In this document: piece by piece, positions 48,105 through 58,187 of the stretch | Numbering within the stretch: position 1 is the first letter of the stretch | Layout: the number at the start of each line of letters is the position of its first letter | From: Dehalococcoidia bacterium | GTDB taxonomy: Bacteria; Chloroflexota; Dehalococcoidia; Plut-88900 | Assembly (NCBI GenBank): GCA_965197645.1 | Contig: OZ240219.1 | Coordinates: forward strand, 928,001-992,000 | Length of the DNA: 64,000 nucleotides | Direction of reading: 5' to 3' | The notes under the pieces: model-generated | Databases searched by the model: none | What the model saw: only the letters and a program-made list of their open reading frames with translations | What the model was told of the DNA's origin: nothing | Made by a program: the position numbers and the translations under genes

Positions 48105-51100
48105 TTACCTGGACAGGTACTCCTTCATGGTCATGACGTTGTAGTTCTGTGGACCGTGGGTAAGGGACTCCACGGCTGCCCGAGCCGTATCAAGGGATGT
48201 GAAGCAGGGGATGCGTCGCTCGGCGGCGGCCCTGCGGATCTCGAACCCGTCTCGCAGGGGAGTCCTGTGGCCGGTCATGGTGTTTATCACGGCGTTCACC
48301 ACGCCCTGCTCTATCACCTCTACAACGTCGGGATGGCCCTTGCCTACCTTGGCGACGGTAGTTACTGGCACGTCCAGCGCCCGCAGCATGTCGGCGGTGC
48401 CCTCGGTGGCGTAGAGCTTGTAAGGGAGAGAGGCCAGGTTGCGGATGATCCTCACACCTTCCGCCTTGTCCCTATCGGCGATGCTTACGAGGATGGCGCC
48501 CTCGGACGGAAGCGTCATCCCGCCGGCGAGGAGGGCCTTGGCGAGGGCGGAGTTGAAATCGTGATCGATGCCCATGACCTCGCCGGTGGACTTCATCTCC
48601 GGGCCCAGGTAGGTATCGACGCCCGCCAGCTTGGACATCGAGAACACGGGGGCTTTGATACCCACTATGTTTCTACTGGGCCACAGCCCCGATTTGTATC
48701 CCAGCGCCTCCAGGCTGGCGCCCATCATTACCCGGGTGGCCAGCTGGACCATGGGAACCCCGGTAATCTTGGAGAGGAAAGGAACGGTGCGGCTGGCTCT
48801 GGGGTTCACCTCCAGGACGTAGACCTGCGAATCTCTGTCCACCGAAGGCTCCGTCTCCATCTCAGGCACGGTGTCCAATACGACGTACTGGATGTTCATC
48901 AGGCCCCGTACGTCGAGGGCAAGGCCCATCTGTATGGTGTAATCGATGATGGCCTCGGTCTGTGCGTCGGTGAGGCTGATGCCTGGATATACGGCCATCG
49001 AGTCTCCGCTGTGGACCCCGGCCCGTTCGATGTGCTCCATGATGCCGGGAACAAACACCCGTTCGCCGTCGCAAATGGCGTCCACCTCCACCTCTTTACC
49101 TTCCAGGTACTTGTCTATGAGGATGGGCCGTCCCCGGCCCACCTCCGCGGCGCCGGAGATGTAGCGGATCAGCTCCGTAGCGTTGTGCACTATCTCCATG
49201 GCCCGGCCGCCGAGGACGTAGCTGGGCCGCACCAAGACGGGATAGCCGATGGTCTGGGCCACGTTCAGCCCCTCCTCCACCGTGGTCACGGTGCCGCCGG
49301 GTGGCTGGGGAATGCCGAGACGGTTGAGAAAGTCCTCGAAGCGGTGGCGGTCCTCGGCGATGTCGATGGCCTCAGCGGTGGAGCCGAGAATCGGCGTCCC
49401 GCCGCGATGCAGTGGCCCGGCCAGATTGATGGCCGTTTGGCCGCCGAACTGGACCACGGCGGCCGCGGGAGTGGCCCCGTTCTCATTCTCGTTGTCCAGG
49501 ATATCTCTGATGCTCTCTTCATCCAGCGGCTCGAAGTAGAGGCGATCGCTCATATCAAAGTCGGTGGAGACGGTCTCGGGATTGGAGTTGACCATGACGC
49601 TGCTCGCGCCCTCTCTCTGGAGGGCCCAGGCTGCATGAACGCTGCAGTAGTCAAACTCGATGCCCTGGCCAATGCGGATCGGCCCGCTTCCGATGACCAG
49701 GGCCCGGTTGCCGGGTACCGGTTCGGCTTCGTTTTCCTGCTCGTAGGAGCTGTAGAAATAGGGTGTCTCGGCGGCGAACTCGGCAGCGCAGGTGTCTACC
49801 ATTTTGTAGACGGGCCTGATGTTCCAGCTGTGTCTGAGATCGCGGACCTGTTCCGGCAACCTATCGGCCAGGGTGCCGATGTCCTCGTCGGAGAAGCCCA
49901 TCCGCTTGGCCTGCCGAAGGAGCTCGGGGGTCAACGGGTCAGCCAGCAGTCTTCTCTCCATCTGGACCAGGTTCAAGAGCTTGGAGGTGAACCATGGGTC
50001 GACGCCTGTACGACAGGACAGCTGCTCAGGAGAGTCGCCTCGTCGAAGCATGGCCATGAGGGCCCATATACGCAGGTCGTTGGGCTCTAGGGGGAGACCG
50101 TCAGCGTCCGGGCCGTCCCGAGAGGGCCAGCTCTTGTCCTCCCACAGCAGCGGTCTGACGCCCACCTCCAGGGAGCGGACCGCCTTCTGCAGAGCGGCCT
50201 CGAAGGAGCGGTCTATCGCCATCACCTCGCCGGTGGCCTTCATCTGGGTGCCGATGGACCGGTCGCCGGAGGCGAACTTGTCGAAGGGCCATCGGGGGAT
50301 CTTGACGACACAGTAGTCCAGGGCCGGCTCGAAGGCGGCGGCGGTCTGTCCGGTGACGGCGTTGGGTATCTGGTCCAGGGTGCGTCCGACGGCGATTTTG
50401 GCCGCGACTCGCGCTATGGGGTAGCCGGTGGCCTTGCTGGCAAGGGCGGAGCTGCGGCTGACGCGGGGGTTTACCTCTATGACGTAGTAGTCGGATGGGG
50501 TGACGCCGTCCTGATGGAAAGCTTCGGCCACCGTCGGGCCCGGGGCCAGGGCGAACTGAACGTTGCACCCGCCCTCTATGCCCAGGGCACGGATGATCCT
50601 GAGGGAGGCAGAGCGGAGCATCTGGTAGTCTTTGTCGGAGAGGGTCTGGCTGGGCGCCACGACGATGCTATCGCCGGTATGGACTCCCATAGGGTCAAGG
50701 TTCTCCATGTTGCAGACGGTGATGCAGTTGTCTCCCGAGTCTCGCATCACCTCGTACTCGATCTCTTTCCAGCCCTCCAGGTAGCGCTCGAGAAGGACCT
50801 GGTTGATGGGGCTGGCGGCCAGACCTCCCTTGGCTATGGTCTTCAGCTGTTCAACGGTCCGGGCCACGCCGCCTCCTGTTCCTCCCAGGGTGTAGGCGGG
50901 CCGGACCACCAGGGGCAGGCCCAGGTCGTCTCCGACTTCCAGAGCCTCGTCCAGGGAGCTGACGGTGGCATTGGCGGGGACCGGCTCATCGAGGCCTTCG
51001 AGAAGCTGCCGGAACAGCTCCCGGTCCTCGGCCTTGCGTATGGTCTCGAGAGGCGTGCCCAGCATGCGGACGTTGTACTTGTCCAGGACCCCGGCATCGG

Positions 51101-51398
51101 CCAGGTCCACGGCGAGGTTGAGGCCCGTCTGGCCGCCCAGGGTGGGAAGGAAGCCGTCGGGGCGTTCCCGCTCGATGATCCTGGACACGACGTCCACGGT
51201 CAGCGGCTCGATGTAGACGACGTCGGCGATATCCTCGTCGGTCATGATAGTGGCGGGGTTGGAGTTGACCAGGACGGAAACTACTCCCTCTTCCCGAAGG
51301 GCTTTGCAGGCCTGGGTTCCGGCGTAGTCGAACTCTGCCGCCTGCCCGATGACTATGGGCCCCGAGCCTATGACGAGGACTTTTTCGAGTTCAGGCAT
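48105..51398 (-). CDS. carB: Carbamoyl-phosphate synthase large subunit
   Basis: [18 protein letters not shown], duplicated ATP-grasp domains, [23 protein letters not shown] domain. Confidence 0.98.
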   Translation of the reverse strand: MPELEKVLVIGSGPIVIGQAAEFDYAGTQACKALREEGVVSVLVNSNPATIMTDEDIADVVYIEPLTVDVVSRIIERERPDGFLPTLGGQTGLNLAVDLADAGVLDKYNVRMLGTPLETIRKAEDRELFRQLLEGLDEPVPANATVSSLDEALEVGDDLGLPLVVRPAYTLGGTGGGVARTVEQLKTIAKGGLAASPINQVLLERYLEGWKEIEYEVMRDSGDNCITVCNMENLDPMGVHTGDSIVVAPSQTLSDKDYQMLRSASLRIIRALGIEGGCNVQFALAPGPTVAEAFHQDGVTPSDYYVIEVNPRVSRSSALASKATGYPIARVAAKIAVGRTLDQIPNAVTGQTAAAFEPALDYCVVKIPRWPFDKFASGDRSIGTQMKATGEVMAIDRSFEAALQKAVRSLEVGVRPLLWEDKSWPSRDGPDADGLPLEPNDLRIWALMAMLRRGDSPEQLSCRTGVDPWFTSKLLNLVQMERRLLADPLTPELLRQAKRMGFSDEDIGTLADRLPEQVRDLRHSWNIRPVYKMVDTCAAEFAAETPYFYSSYEQENEAEPVPGNRALVIGSGPIRIGQGIEFDYCSVHAAWALQREGASSVMVNSNPETVSTDFDMSDRLYFEPLDEESIRDILDNENENGATPAAAVVQFGGQTAINLAGPLHRGGTPILGSTAEAIDIAEDRHRFEDFLNRLGIPQPPGGTVTTVEEGLNVAQTIGYPVLVRPSYVLGGRAMEIVHNATELIRYISGAAEVGRGRPILIDKYLEGKEVEVDAICDGERVFVPGIMEHIERAGVHSGDSMAVYPGISLTDAQTEAIIDYTIQMGLALDVRGLMNIQYVVLDTVPEMETEPSVDRDSQVYVLEVNPRASRTVPFLSKITGVPMVQLATRVMMGASLEALGYKSGLWPSRNIVGIKAPVFSMSKLAGVDTYLGPEMKSTGEVMGIDHDFNSALAKALLAGGMTLPSEGAILVSIADRDKAEGVRIIRNLASLPYKLYATEGTADMLRALDVPVTTVAKVGKGHPDVVEVIEQGVVNAVINTMTGHRTPLRDGFEIRRAAAERRIPCFTSLDTARAAVESLTHGPQNYNVMTMKEYLSR

Positions 51399-51419
51399 AT
51401 AGCTAGTTTAGCCTCCGTC

Positions 51420-51818
51420 TCAGGACTGTGCCTCTTGATCGATTTCGTACAGCCTCAGGCCCGCTATCCGCTGAAAGTGCCGGTCCAGGGTGTAGATTTC
51501 GTGGTCCCCTTCGATGGCCTGTGCGGCTATGACCAGATCAGTCAACGGGATGGGTGCTCCCAGCCGGCGGAGGTCCATACCCAGTCTGCCGGCCTCTACC
51601 CACATATCCTGGCTGGCATTCAGAAATGGCAGTGAGTCAATCGTGAGGCGAAGCTCGTCGAATTCTCTCCGGCTTCTGGATCCCTGCAATAACTCCGACA
51701 GAACTACACCCACCATGACTATTTGATTTCCGCGGAGCAGACGCCCAAGTTCATATGCAATCATGCTGCCGGGCACACGAATGGAGTTGATCCAGACGTT
51801 TGTATCAGCTATCACCAT
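51420..51818 (-). CDS. vapC: VapC PIN-domain toxin
   Basis: VIADTNVWI, SELLQG, TDLVIAAQA, YTLDRHF. Confidence 0.9.
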   Translation of the reverse strand: MVIADTNVWINSIRVPGSMIAYELGRLLRGNQIVMVGVVLSELLQGSRSRREFDELRLTIDSLPFLNASQDMWVEAGRLGMDLRRLGAPIPLTDLVIAAQAIEGDHEIYTLDRHFQRIAGLRLYEIDQEAQS

Positions 51819-52035
51819 ATAGCTGTCTGTACTCCTCCAACTCCAACTCTTCCAGTTCGTCCAGATTGTCTATCACGTCCACCTTTCCGAACATGCCGAT
51901 AAGCTGTTCGACTCGCTGACGGCGAACATACTCTTCCAGGGCTTTATTGACCGCTTTGCCCTTGCTCTTCTCCCCTGTAAGCTCTGCCACCGCCTCGAGG
52001 AGTTTGGCATCCAGGTTTAACGTGGTGCGCATCAC
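51805..52035 (-). CDS. vapB: VapB-type ribbon-helix-helix antitoxin
   Basis: MRTTLNLDAKLLEAVAELTGEKSKGKAVNKALEEYVR; overlaps vapC. Confidence 0.85.
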   Translation of the reverse strand: MMRTTLNLDAKLLEAVAELTGEKSKGKAVNKALEEYVRRQRVEQLIGMFGKVDVIDNLDELEELELEEYRQLYGDS

Positions 52036-52073
52036 TCTACCTCATCTATAATTGGCATCAATATTATACATCA

Positions 52074-53168
52074 CTACTGGGCGTCTTTCACCAGCCCCAG
52101 AAAGCGGTCGAAGAGGTAGACGTTGTCACGGGGGCCGGGTGAGGCCTCCGAGTGGTACTGGATGGACAGGACGGGATATTCCCGGTGGGTGATGCCCTCG
52201 ACGGTGTCGTCGTTGGTGTTGATATGGCTTATTTCAACGGCGGCCGGCAGACCGGCGGCGTCCAGGGCGTAGCCGTGGTTCTGGGCGGTGATGTGGACCC
52301 GGTTCGTCGATAGGTCCTTAACGGGATGGTTGCCTCCCCGATGTCCGAACTTGAGCTTGAAGGTGTTGCCTCCCAAGGCCCGGCCCAGCATCTGATGGCC
52401 CAGGCATATCCCCATGACTGGCTTGACTCCTATGAGGGCCTTCACCGTGTCCGAAATTCTTCCCAAGAGGGCCGGATCGCCGGGGCCGGGAGAAAGCAGG
52501 AACCCGTCCGGGTCCAGGGCCAGGATGTCCTCGGCGGGTGTGGATGCTGGGACCACCTTCACCCTACAGCCCTTGCTCCTCAGGATGCGCAGGATGTTGA
52601 ACTTCAGCCCGTAGTCCAGAGCTACGATATCGCACCAGGGATCGGTCTCTTGGCGTGAGGAGTTCCAGTCGTAAAGCGAGGGAGTGGAAACGGTGGAGAC
52701 GAAGTCGTTGTCGTCATAGCGGGGCAGCTTGCCGAGCTGCTCGAGGGCGGCCTCGGCCGAATCGTCCAGCGTTATGATGCCCATCATCACACCGGAGGAG
52801 CGGAGACGCCGCGTTATGGCCCGGGTGTCCACCCCGCCCAACCCCACTATGTTTTGAGAGGCCAGGAACTCCGAGAGAGTACCGGTGCTGTTCCAGTGGC
52901 TGGGAACGTGGCAGTCCTCCCGCACGATTAGTCCCCGGACTTGGATACGCTTCGATTCCATGTCCTGTTCGCTGATGCCGTAGTTGCCCACGAGGGGGTA
53001 GGTGAGAACGACTATCTGGCCGGCGTAGGAGGGATCGGTAAGCACCTCCTGGTAGCCGGTCATAGTGGTGTTGAACACTACCTCGCCGTAGGAGGCGATG
53101 TCCGCTCCGAAGGTGTACCCCTCGAAGGCGGCGCCGTCCTCGAGTACCAGGCGGGCTGCCCTGCTCAT
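52074..53168 (-). CDS. carA: Carbamoyl-phosphate synthase small subunit
   Basis: GEVVFNTTMTGYQE, LSPGPGDP, GICLGHQ, GHRGGNHPV, QYHSEASPGP. Confidence 0.98.
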   Translation of the reverse strand: MSRAARLVLEDGAAFEGYTFGADIASYGEVVFNTTMTGYQEVLTDPSYAGQIVVLTYPLVGNYGISEQDMESKRIQVRGLIVREDCHVPSHWNSTGTLSEFLASQNIVGLGGVDTRAITRRLRSSGVMMGIITLDDSAEAALEQLGKLPRYDDNDFVSTVSTPSLYDWNSSRQETDPWCDIVALDYGLKFNILRILRSKGCRVKVVPASTPAEDILALDPDGFLLSPGPGDPALLGRISDTVKALIGVKPVMGICLGHQMLGRALGGNTFKLKFGHRGGNHPVKDLSTNRVHITAQNHGYALDAAGLPAAVEISHINTNDDTVEGITHREYPVLSIQYHSEASPGPRDNVYLFDRFLGLVKDAQ

Positions 53169-54550
53169 TCCGCGCTCGATCTCCTTGACTCCTTGTAACC
53201 GGGTCGGAAGCCCCTATCGAGAGCCTGCTCGGGGGATTCGAAGAACACGATGTTGTTCTTGACCAGTCTTCGAGCGGTAAATCGGTCTGCCCGGTGAAAC
53301 ACCCTGGTCTTCGAGCTGCCAGCGGATTCGGGACGGCTCCCCCAGCTGCAGTAGACACATCTCAGAACGGCCGGCTTGTCCGAGGTCAGCAGGAACTCGG
53401 GGGTCGCGTAGGTGGTCTCGTGGTTGGTGACGCAGTTTTGGTTGGTGCAGCGGATGCCCTCCGCGTTCTTGTAGACGGGATACTCCACCGGCTTGACGAA
53501 CCGGTTCGGCGTTTCCTTTATACTCGGGTTCTGGGTACCGAGGGTGAGTGCCAACAGGGCCATCCTTATGGGTACGCCGTAAGCGGCCTGCTTGAAGTAC
53601 ATGCTGCGGGGGTCCTCGTCCAGCTCGTGGGCGATCTCATCGACACGCGGAAGGGGGTGCATGACGAGGGTGTTCTTGAACTCGGGCCTCGTCATCATCT
53701 TGCGATCGAGCTTGAAGTAGGAGTCCTCGGACTGTTCGTTTTCGCCGTGCCGCTCCCTTTGCAGTCTCGTTGCGTAGAGCGCATCGGTACCGGCCAGTTT
53801 GACCTCGATGTTGACCTCAGGGAGCATCGCCAGCGTGTGGGACCTGTCCGGGGTCTGATAGATGGCGTCGAGGCCACCCAGCTCCGCTTCTTCGAGAGAG
53901 TTCGAGGCGATGTCCGCACCCTCTTCTATCGTGCCGATGTACTCCCGGCGAAGTTTCTCCTTTACGTATTCGGGCAGCTCATAGCCTTTGGTGGAGATGA
54001 AGACTATGTTGGCCCCGAAACGGGCCAGGGCGTATATCAGCGAGTGAGCGGCCCGGCCGCTCTTCAGGTCTCCGCATACGGCGACAGTGAGGTCTTCGAT
54101 CCTGCCCTTCTCCCTTCGAAGGGTGTAGAGGTCGCAGAGGGTCTGGGTGGGGTGCTCGTGGCTGCCGTCGCCGGCATTGATGACGGGCACGCCGGCGTAG
54201 TTGGACATTGCCCGGGCCGCACCCTCCCAGGGGTGGCGTACCACGATAAGGTCCACGTAGCTGCCGACTATCCTGGCCGTGTCCGCCAGGCTCTCCCCCT
54301 TGACGATGGAAGAGGAGCTGACGTCGGCTGCCGTTACCACGCTGCCGCCCAGCTTGTGCATAGCGGTCTCGAAGGAGAGGCGGGTCCGGGTGCTGGGCTC
54401 GTAGAAGAGGCTGGCCATAACCAGGCCCTTGCACAGCTCGGAGTAGGCCCGGGACCCGGATTCCATCTCGTCGGCCAGGGAAAAGACGGCTTCCGTCTCC
54501 GAAGTGGAGAGGTCATCCGTGGTCAGGAAGCTTCGCTCCTTCAACGACAT
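53165..54550 (-). CDS. pyrB: Aspartate carbamoyltransferase fused to a PyrI-type Zn domain and an Ada-like domain
   Basis: FYEPSTRTRLSF, NAGDG.HEHPTQ, HPLPR; then CTNQNC..LRCVYC; then GSSKTRVFH..NIVFFESPEQALDRGFRP. Confidence 0.92.
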   Translation of the reverse strand: MSLKERSFLTTDDLSTSETEAVFSLADEMESGSRAYSELCKGLVMASLFYEPSTRTRLSFETAMHKLGGSVVTAADVSSSSIVKGESLADTARIVGSYVDLIVVRHPWEGAARAMSNYAGVPVINAGDGSHEHPTQTLCDLYTLRREKGRIEDLTVAVCGDLKSGRAAHSLIYALARFGANIVFISTKGYELPEYVKEKLRREYIGTIEEGADIASNSLEEAELGGLDAIYQTPDRSHTLAMLPEVNIEVKLAGTDALYATRLQRERHGENEQSEDSYFKLDRKMMTRPEFKNTLVMHPLPRVDEIAHELDEDPRSMYFKQAAYGVPIRMALLALTLGTQNPSIKETPNRFVKPVEYPVYKNAEGIRCTNQNCVTNHETTYATPEFLLTSDKPAVLRCVYCSWGSRPESAGSSKTRVFHRADRFTARRLVKNNIVFFESPEQALDRGFRPGYKESRRSSAE

Positions 54551-55113
54551 CAGATGGTGGTGCCCGCTACGGATTCAGGGGCCTTTTGCGTGAGTAGGAC
54601 TTCTTCGGTTTGATCGGTCTCCATCAGCTTCACCTTGATGATTTCGGACAGGGAGGTCGGCACGTTTCGACCGACGTAGTCAGCCCGAATGGGAAGCTCT
54701 CTGTGCCCCCTGTCGACCAGCACCGCCAGTTGCACCCGCTTGGGCCTGCCCAGGCGGGTAAGGGCATCCAGGGCCGCTCGTATAGTGCGTCCCGTGAACA
54801 GCACGTCGTCGAAGAGGACCACGTTCCTATCGGCTACGCCAACGGGAATCTCGGTATTCATCACCAGCGGCCACTGAGCGATGGTGGAGAGGTCATCCCT
54901 GTACAGCTGGATGTCCAGGACCCCTACGGGTACCTTGACGCCGTTCAGCCGGCTGAGGATGTCCGCTACCCGATTTGCCAGGGGCACACCTCGGGTCCTG
55001 ATTCCGACCAAAAGCAGATCGCTGAGGTCCTTGTGCTGCTCGACTAGCTCGTGAGATATGCGGCGCAGAGACCGGTCTATCTCCTCCGCCGACATTACTA
55101 CCTGGTCCGCCAT
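54550..55113 (-). CDS. pyrR: Pyrimidine operon attenuation protein / uracil phosphoribosyltransferase
   Basis: RISHELVE, GIRTRG, LDIQLYRDD, DDVLFTGRT, DRGHRELPIRADYVG. Confidence 0.96.
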   Translation of the reverse strand: MADQVVMSAEEIDRSLRRISHELVEQHKDLSDLLLVGIRTRGVPLANRVADILSRLNGVKVPVGVLDIQLYRDDLSTIAQWPLVMNTEIPVGVADRNVVLFDDVLFTGRTIRAALDALTRLGRPKRVQLAVLVDRGHRELPIRADYVGRNVPTSLSEIIKVKLMETDQTEEVLLTQKAPESVAGTTI

Positions 55114-55208
55114 AAAAAGAACCCCTAGCCCGAGGCGGCAAGGGGTCAAGAATCGACTGGGAGCGGGGGGCTACCTTGCCAGCCTCACTGGACTGATTTA
55201 AAGGCTAC
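55114..55208 (-). promoter_or_regulatory. PyrR-binding attenuator leader
   Basis: Minus strand CCTTTAAATCAGTCCAGTGAGGCTGGCAAGG (55174-55204) matches the PyrR binding loop; terminator ACCCCTTGCC-GCCTCG-GGCTAGGGGT-TCTTTTT; TTGATG-17-TAATAT promoter upstream. Confidence 0.9.
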
Positions 55209-55388
55209 CTGTGGCCGTGCTTTTGAATTTGAGGAGATATTAACAGGTTCGGACCTTCGCATCAAGCCGGATTTGAAGTCTTGAGAGAGTGAATCTACGA
55301 ATCCTACAGCGGCGTCTGTTGACCCTGCTACAACGTCTTTCTATACTCGGCCCGTCCTTGCAAGGGAAAGCTAAGAAGGAGGGGTTAC

Positions 55389-55805
55389 ATGGAAAAGCAG
55401 CGGATCATGCCCGAGGGACACTGGGACTGGCCCATACCCACGCCCTTTTCCCAGGGTTGGCGGGTTGGCAACACGATATGGGTCGGGGGGCAGATCTCGG
55501 CCGACCCGAATGGAAAAGCGATAGGCGCGGGCGACATCGAGACCCAGACCCGTAACGTGTTCGAGAACATCAAGACCATACTGAACCAGGGCGGCGCCGA
55601 GATGAAGGACATCGTCAAGCTGAACACCTTCTACGTGTGCAACGAGACGGGCGAGGCCCAGCGGCTGTTCTGGGAGAAGATGACCAAGGTGAGGTTGGAG
55701 TACATCGCCGACCCGGGCCCGGCCGCCACGGCCATTCCCGTACCCTCCCTGGCCATCAAAGACCTGCTCATAGAGGTGGACGCCGTAGCAATAGTGAACG
55801 AGTAA
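55389..55805 (+). CDS. RidA/YjgF family protein
   Basis: PFSQG.RVGNTIWVGGQI, QTRNVFENI, R....PGPAATAI, LIEVDAVA. Confidence 0.88.
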   Translation: MEKQRIMPEGHWDWPIPTPFSQGWRVGNTIWVGGQISADPNGKAIGAGDIETQTRNVFENIKTILNQGGAEMKDIVKLNTFYVCNETGEAQRLFWEKMTKVRLEYIADPGPAATAIPVPSLAIKDLLIEVDAVAIVNE

Positions 55806-55814
55806 AACGGACCT

Positions 55815-55985
55815 GCAGGGTGCTCGAAAACCCTTTCGACCATCCTCCTAGCCACTTCCTGGTGAGGAGGGGGAAAAGAGATAGGTTCTGAAAGACACCC
55901 CTTCGGCGGGCTCAAAGCAGTCCCTCAGACTCCAAGCAAAGGGTCTTCGCCCCTCTGCACACCCCGCATTCCACCAGCCCTTGTT
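55815..55985 (+). repeat. MITE-like repeat, family B copy 2 (degenerate)
   Basis: Begins GCAGGGTGCTCGAAAACCCTTTCGACCATC like 26544; internal CCCTTCGG..CTCAGACTCC segment resembles 63790-63840. Confidence 0.5.
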
Positions 55986-55991
55986 AATCGT

Positions 55992-56085
55992 CTCGGGGAG
56001 TCCAGAGGGCTTCCCTCTGGCAGGGGGTCTGGGGGACGTGCCCCCAGATATAAAACGTCCCAGGGCGGGTGGGAGGGAAGAACCA
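55992..56085 (-). repeat. Family A core in inverted orientation, partial
   Basis: GGAGTCCAGAGGGCTTCCCTCTGGC-AGGGGGTCTGGGGGACGTGCCCCCAG..AGGGCGGGTGGG closely matches the reverse complement of the 32830-32915 core. Confidence 0.7.
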
Positions 56086-56087
56086 CC

Positions 56088-56170
56088 TTGACACTGGGAA
56101 GGCGATTTTTGTATTCTAGGCTTGTTATGGTCCCCGAGAGCTAGACGCCAGTCTCTCCAGGGGATTTTTT
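56088..56170 (+). promoter_or_regulatory. Promoter followed by a terminator-like hairpin in the fbp leader
   Basis: TTGACA (56088), 18 bp spacer, TATTCT (56112); TCCCCGAGAG..CTCTCCAGGGGA-TTTTTT (56131-56170). Confidence 0.5.
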
Positions 56171-56260
56171 GTGGCAGCGGTGGCGGAGCTGCCCTCAGGC
56201 GTCATTACCTCTGGTGTTAAGACGGCTACCACCCCATACGAGGCGCGAGGAGGAGATGTT

Positions 56261-57439
56261 ATGAAAATGACCCTATCCTGCATCAAGGCGGACGTCGGCT
56301 CCATCGGCGGGCACACCAAGCCTTCTCCTAAGATGATCGCCTCGGTGGAGTCCGAGGTGCAGAAAGCCATCGGCTCGGGCCTGATCATCGATGGGTACAC
56401 CTCCCATACAGGGGACGATATCGCCATGGTGATGACCCACACCAGAGGCGCCGACGACACTGACGTGCACCAGTTCGCTTGGGACACGTTCATCGGCGCC
56501 ACGGGGATCGCCCAGGAGACGGGGTTATACGGAGCCGGGCAGGACCTTCTGGTGGACGCACCCTCGGGGAACGTGCGGGGGGCTGGGCCGGCGGTGGCGG
56601 AGATGGAGTTCGAGCACAACCCCATCAAGACCAACAAGGCACGTCCGGCGGAGTCCTTCTGCTTCTTCGCAGCGGACAAGTGCGGGCCCGGGGCGTACAA
56701 TCTACCCTTGTTCCTCGCCTTTGCCGACCCGATGTACTGCGCCGGCCTGATGCTGCCCAAGATGATCAAGGGGTTCAGGTTCGACATCATCGACATGGAC
56801 AACACCGATGGGGACAGCATCATCGAGCTGAACCTCCCGGAGGACTACTACAAGGCCGCCATACTGCTGCGTGACAACGAGCGATTCGCCATCGAGTCTA
56901 TCCACTCCCGCACGGAAGATGAGGTAGCGGTATCGATCTCCGCCCAACGGCTGCACAACATCGCCGGGACCTACACCGGCAAGGACGACCCCGTGGCCCT
57001 GGTGCGGAACCAGGGCATATTCCCGGCGCCGGAGGAGCTGCTGTCGCCCTTCGCCAAGGCCCACTACATCGGCGGCGACGCCCGGGGCTCCCACGTCATG
57101 CCGCTGATGCCGGTGGCCATCAACACCGCGGTGACCGGCATCTACTGCCTGCCGCTGGTCTCGTGCATCGGCTTCTCGATGGACGCTGACGGCCGGTTCT
57201 CCGAATCGACGGTGGACTTCTTCGATAACGTGGCATGGGACAACGTGCGGATCAAGGCCCAGGAGAAGGGGATGGCGATGCGAGACCAGGGTTGGTCGGG
57301 CGCCGCCATGCTGCCCTACACCGAGCTGGAGTACAGCGGGTTCCGGAACGTGGTGGAAGACCTGGTAGGCAGGTTCGAGATCCGGGACGGCCACCTGACC
57401 TCCGAAGAAGCTGCGGCAGCCGTCGAGCAGCCTGGCTAG
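56261..57439 (+). CDS. fbp: Bifunctional fructose-1,6-bisphosphate aldolase/phosphatase (class V)
   Basis: IKADVGSIGGH, GDDI, GLYGAGQDLL, SGNVRG.GP, ADK..PGAYN, YTGKDDP, ELEY; ATG after GAGGAGGAG. Confidence 0.95.
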   Translation: MKMTLSCIKADVGSIGGHTKPSPKMIASVESEVQKAIGSGLIIDGYTSHTGDDIAMVMTHTRGADDTDVHQFAWDTFIGATGIAQETGLYGAGQDLLVDAPSGNVRGAGPAVAEMEFEHNPIKTNKARPAESFCFFAADKCGPGAYNLPLFLAFADPMYCAGLMLPKMIKGFRFDIIDMDNTDGDSIIELNLPEDYYKAAILLRDNERFAIESIHSRTEDEVAVSISAQRLHNIAGTYTGKDDPVALVRNQGIFPAPEELLSPFAKAHYIGGDARGSHVMPLMPVAINTAVTGIYCLPLVSCIGFSMDADGRFSESTVDFFDNVAWDNVRIKAQEKGMAMRDQGWSGAAMLPYTELEYSGFRNVVEDLVGRFEIRDGHLTSEEAAAAVEQPG

Positions 57440-57469
57440 ACCGGGGCCGGCATCCAATTCGGGCCCACT

Positions 57470-58090
57470 TTGAGCCAGAGGTTGAAGCTTCTGCTGGGCA
57501 CCCAGAACCGGGGCAAGATACGGGAGCTCGAAGAGCTTATCGGCGACGGGGATGTCCGCATTACCACCCCGTTCGAAGAGGGCGTCGATCTGCCCGTGGA
57601 AGAGACGGGAGCGACTTTTCACGAGAACGCCTCCATAAAGGCTAAGACCTATGCGGCGCGCTCGGGCCTCGTTACGCTGGCTGATGACTCCGGACTGGTG
57701 GTAGACGCCCTGGACGGCGCGCCGGGCGTGTACTCGGCGAGGTACGCAGGCCTCCAAGTCAGTGATAGAGATCACTACGAGCTCCTGTTGGAAAACCTGG
57801 CGGGCGTGCCTGATGACAGACGATCCGCTCGTTTCGTCAGCGTGGTGGCCATCGCAACTCCCGCCGGAAACATAGAGCTATGCGAAGGGACCTGCGAAGG
57901 TATAGTGGGTACCCGTCCGGAAGGCGAAGGCGGCTTCGGCTACGACCCCGTCTTCTACATCCCGGAGCTGGAGAAGACCATGGCACAGCTGACCCTCGAA
58001 GAGAAGAACCGGATAAGCCACAGGTCTCGAGCGTTTCGCAAGGCAGCGCCTGTGGTGGAGCGAGTCCTCCGAGAGTGGGACGCTCGGTGA
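57470..58090 (+). CDS. rdgB: XTP/dITP diphosphatase
   Basis: TQNRGK, ETGATFHENA..KA, ADDSGL, PGVYSARY, GFGYDPVF, KNRISHR. Confidence 0.95.
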   Translation: MSQRLKLLLGTQNRGKIRELEELIGDGDVRITTPFEEGVDLPVEETGATFHENASIKAKTYAARSGLVTLADDSGLVVDALDGAPGVYSARYAGLQVSDRDHYELLLENLAGVPDDRRSARFVSVVAIATPAGNIELCEGTCEGIVGTRPEGEGGFGYDPVFYIPELEKTMAQLTLEEKNRISHRSRAFRKAAPVVERVLREWDAR

Positions 58091-58187
58091 TCCCCCGGAT
58101 ACGGGCCGTATCGACCTTTCCGGCATCCAAATAAGACTACAGCTTCGACGCTAAAGGCCAAACGCAGAGACAATGGAAGGGATGACC

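Noticed and set aside
47976-51635. Long antisense and alternate-frame ORFs (47976-50090 +, 50514-51635 +, also 10648-12147 -, 5364-6683 +, 22818-24032 + and many others)
   Set aside because: Shadow ORFs opposite or overlapping well-supported genes, expected in GC-rich DNA; no recognisable motifs
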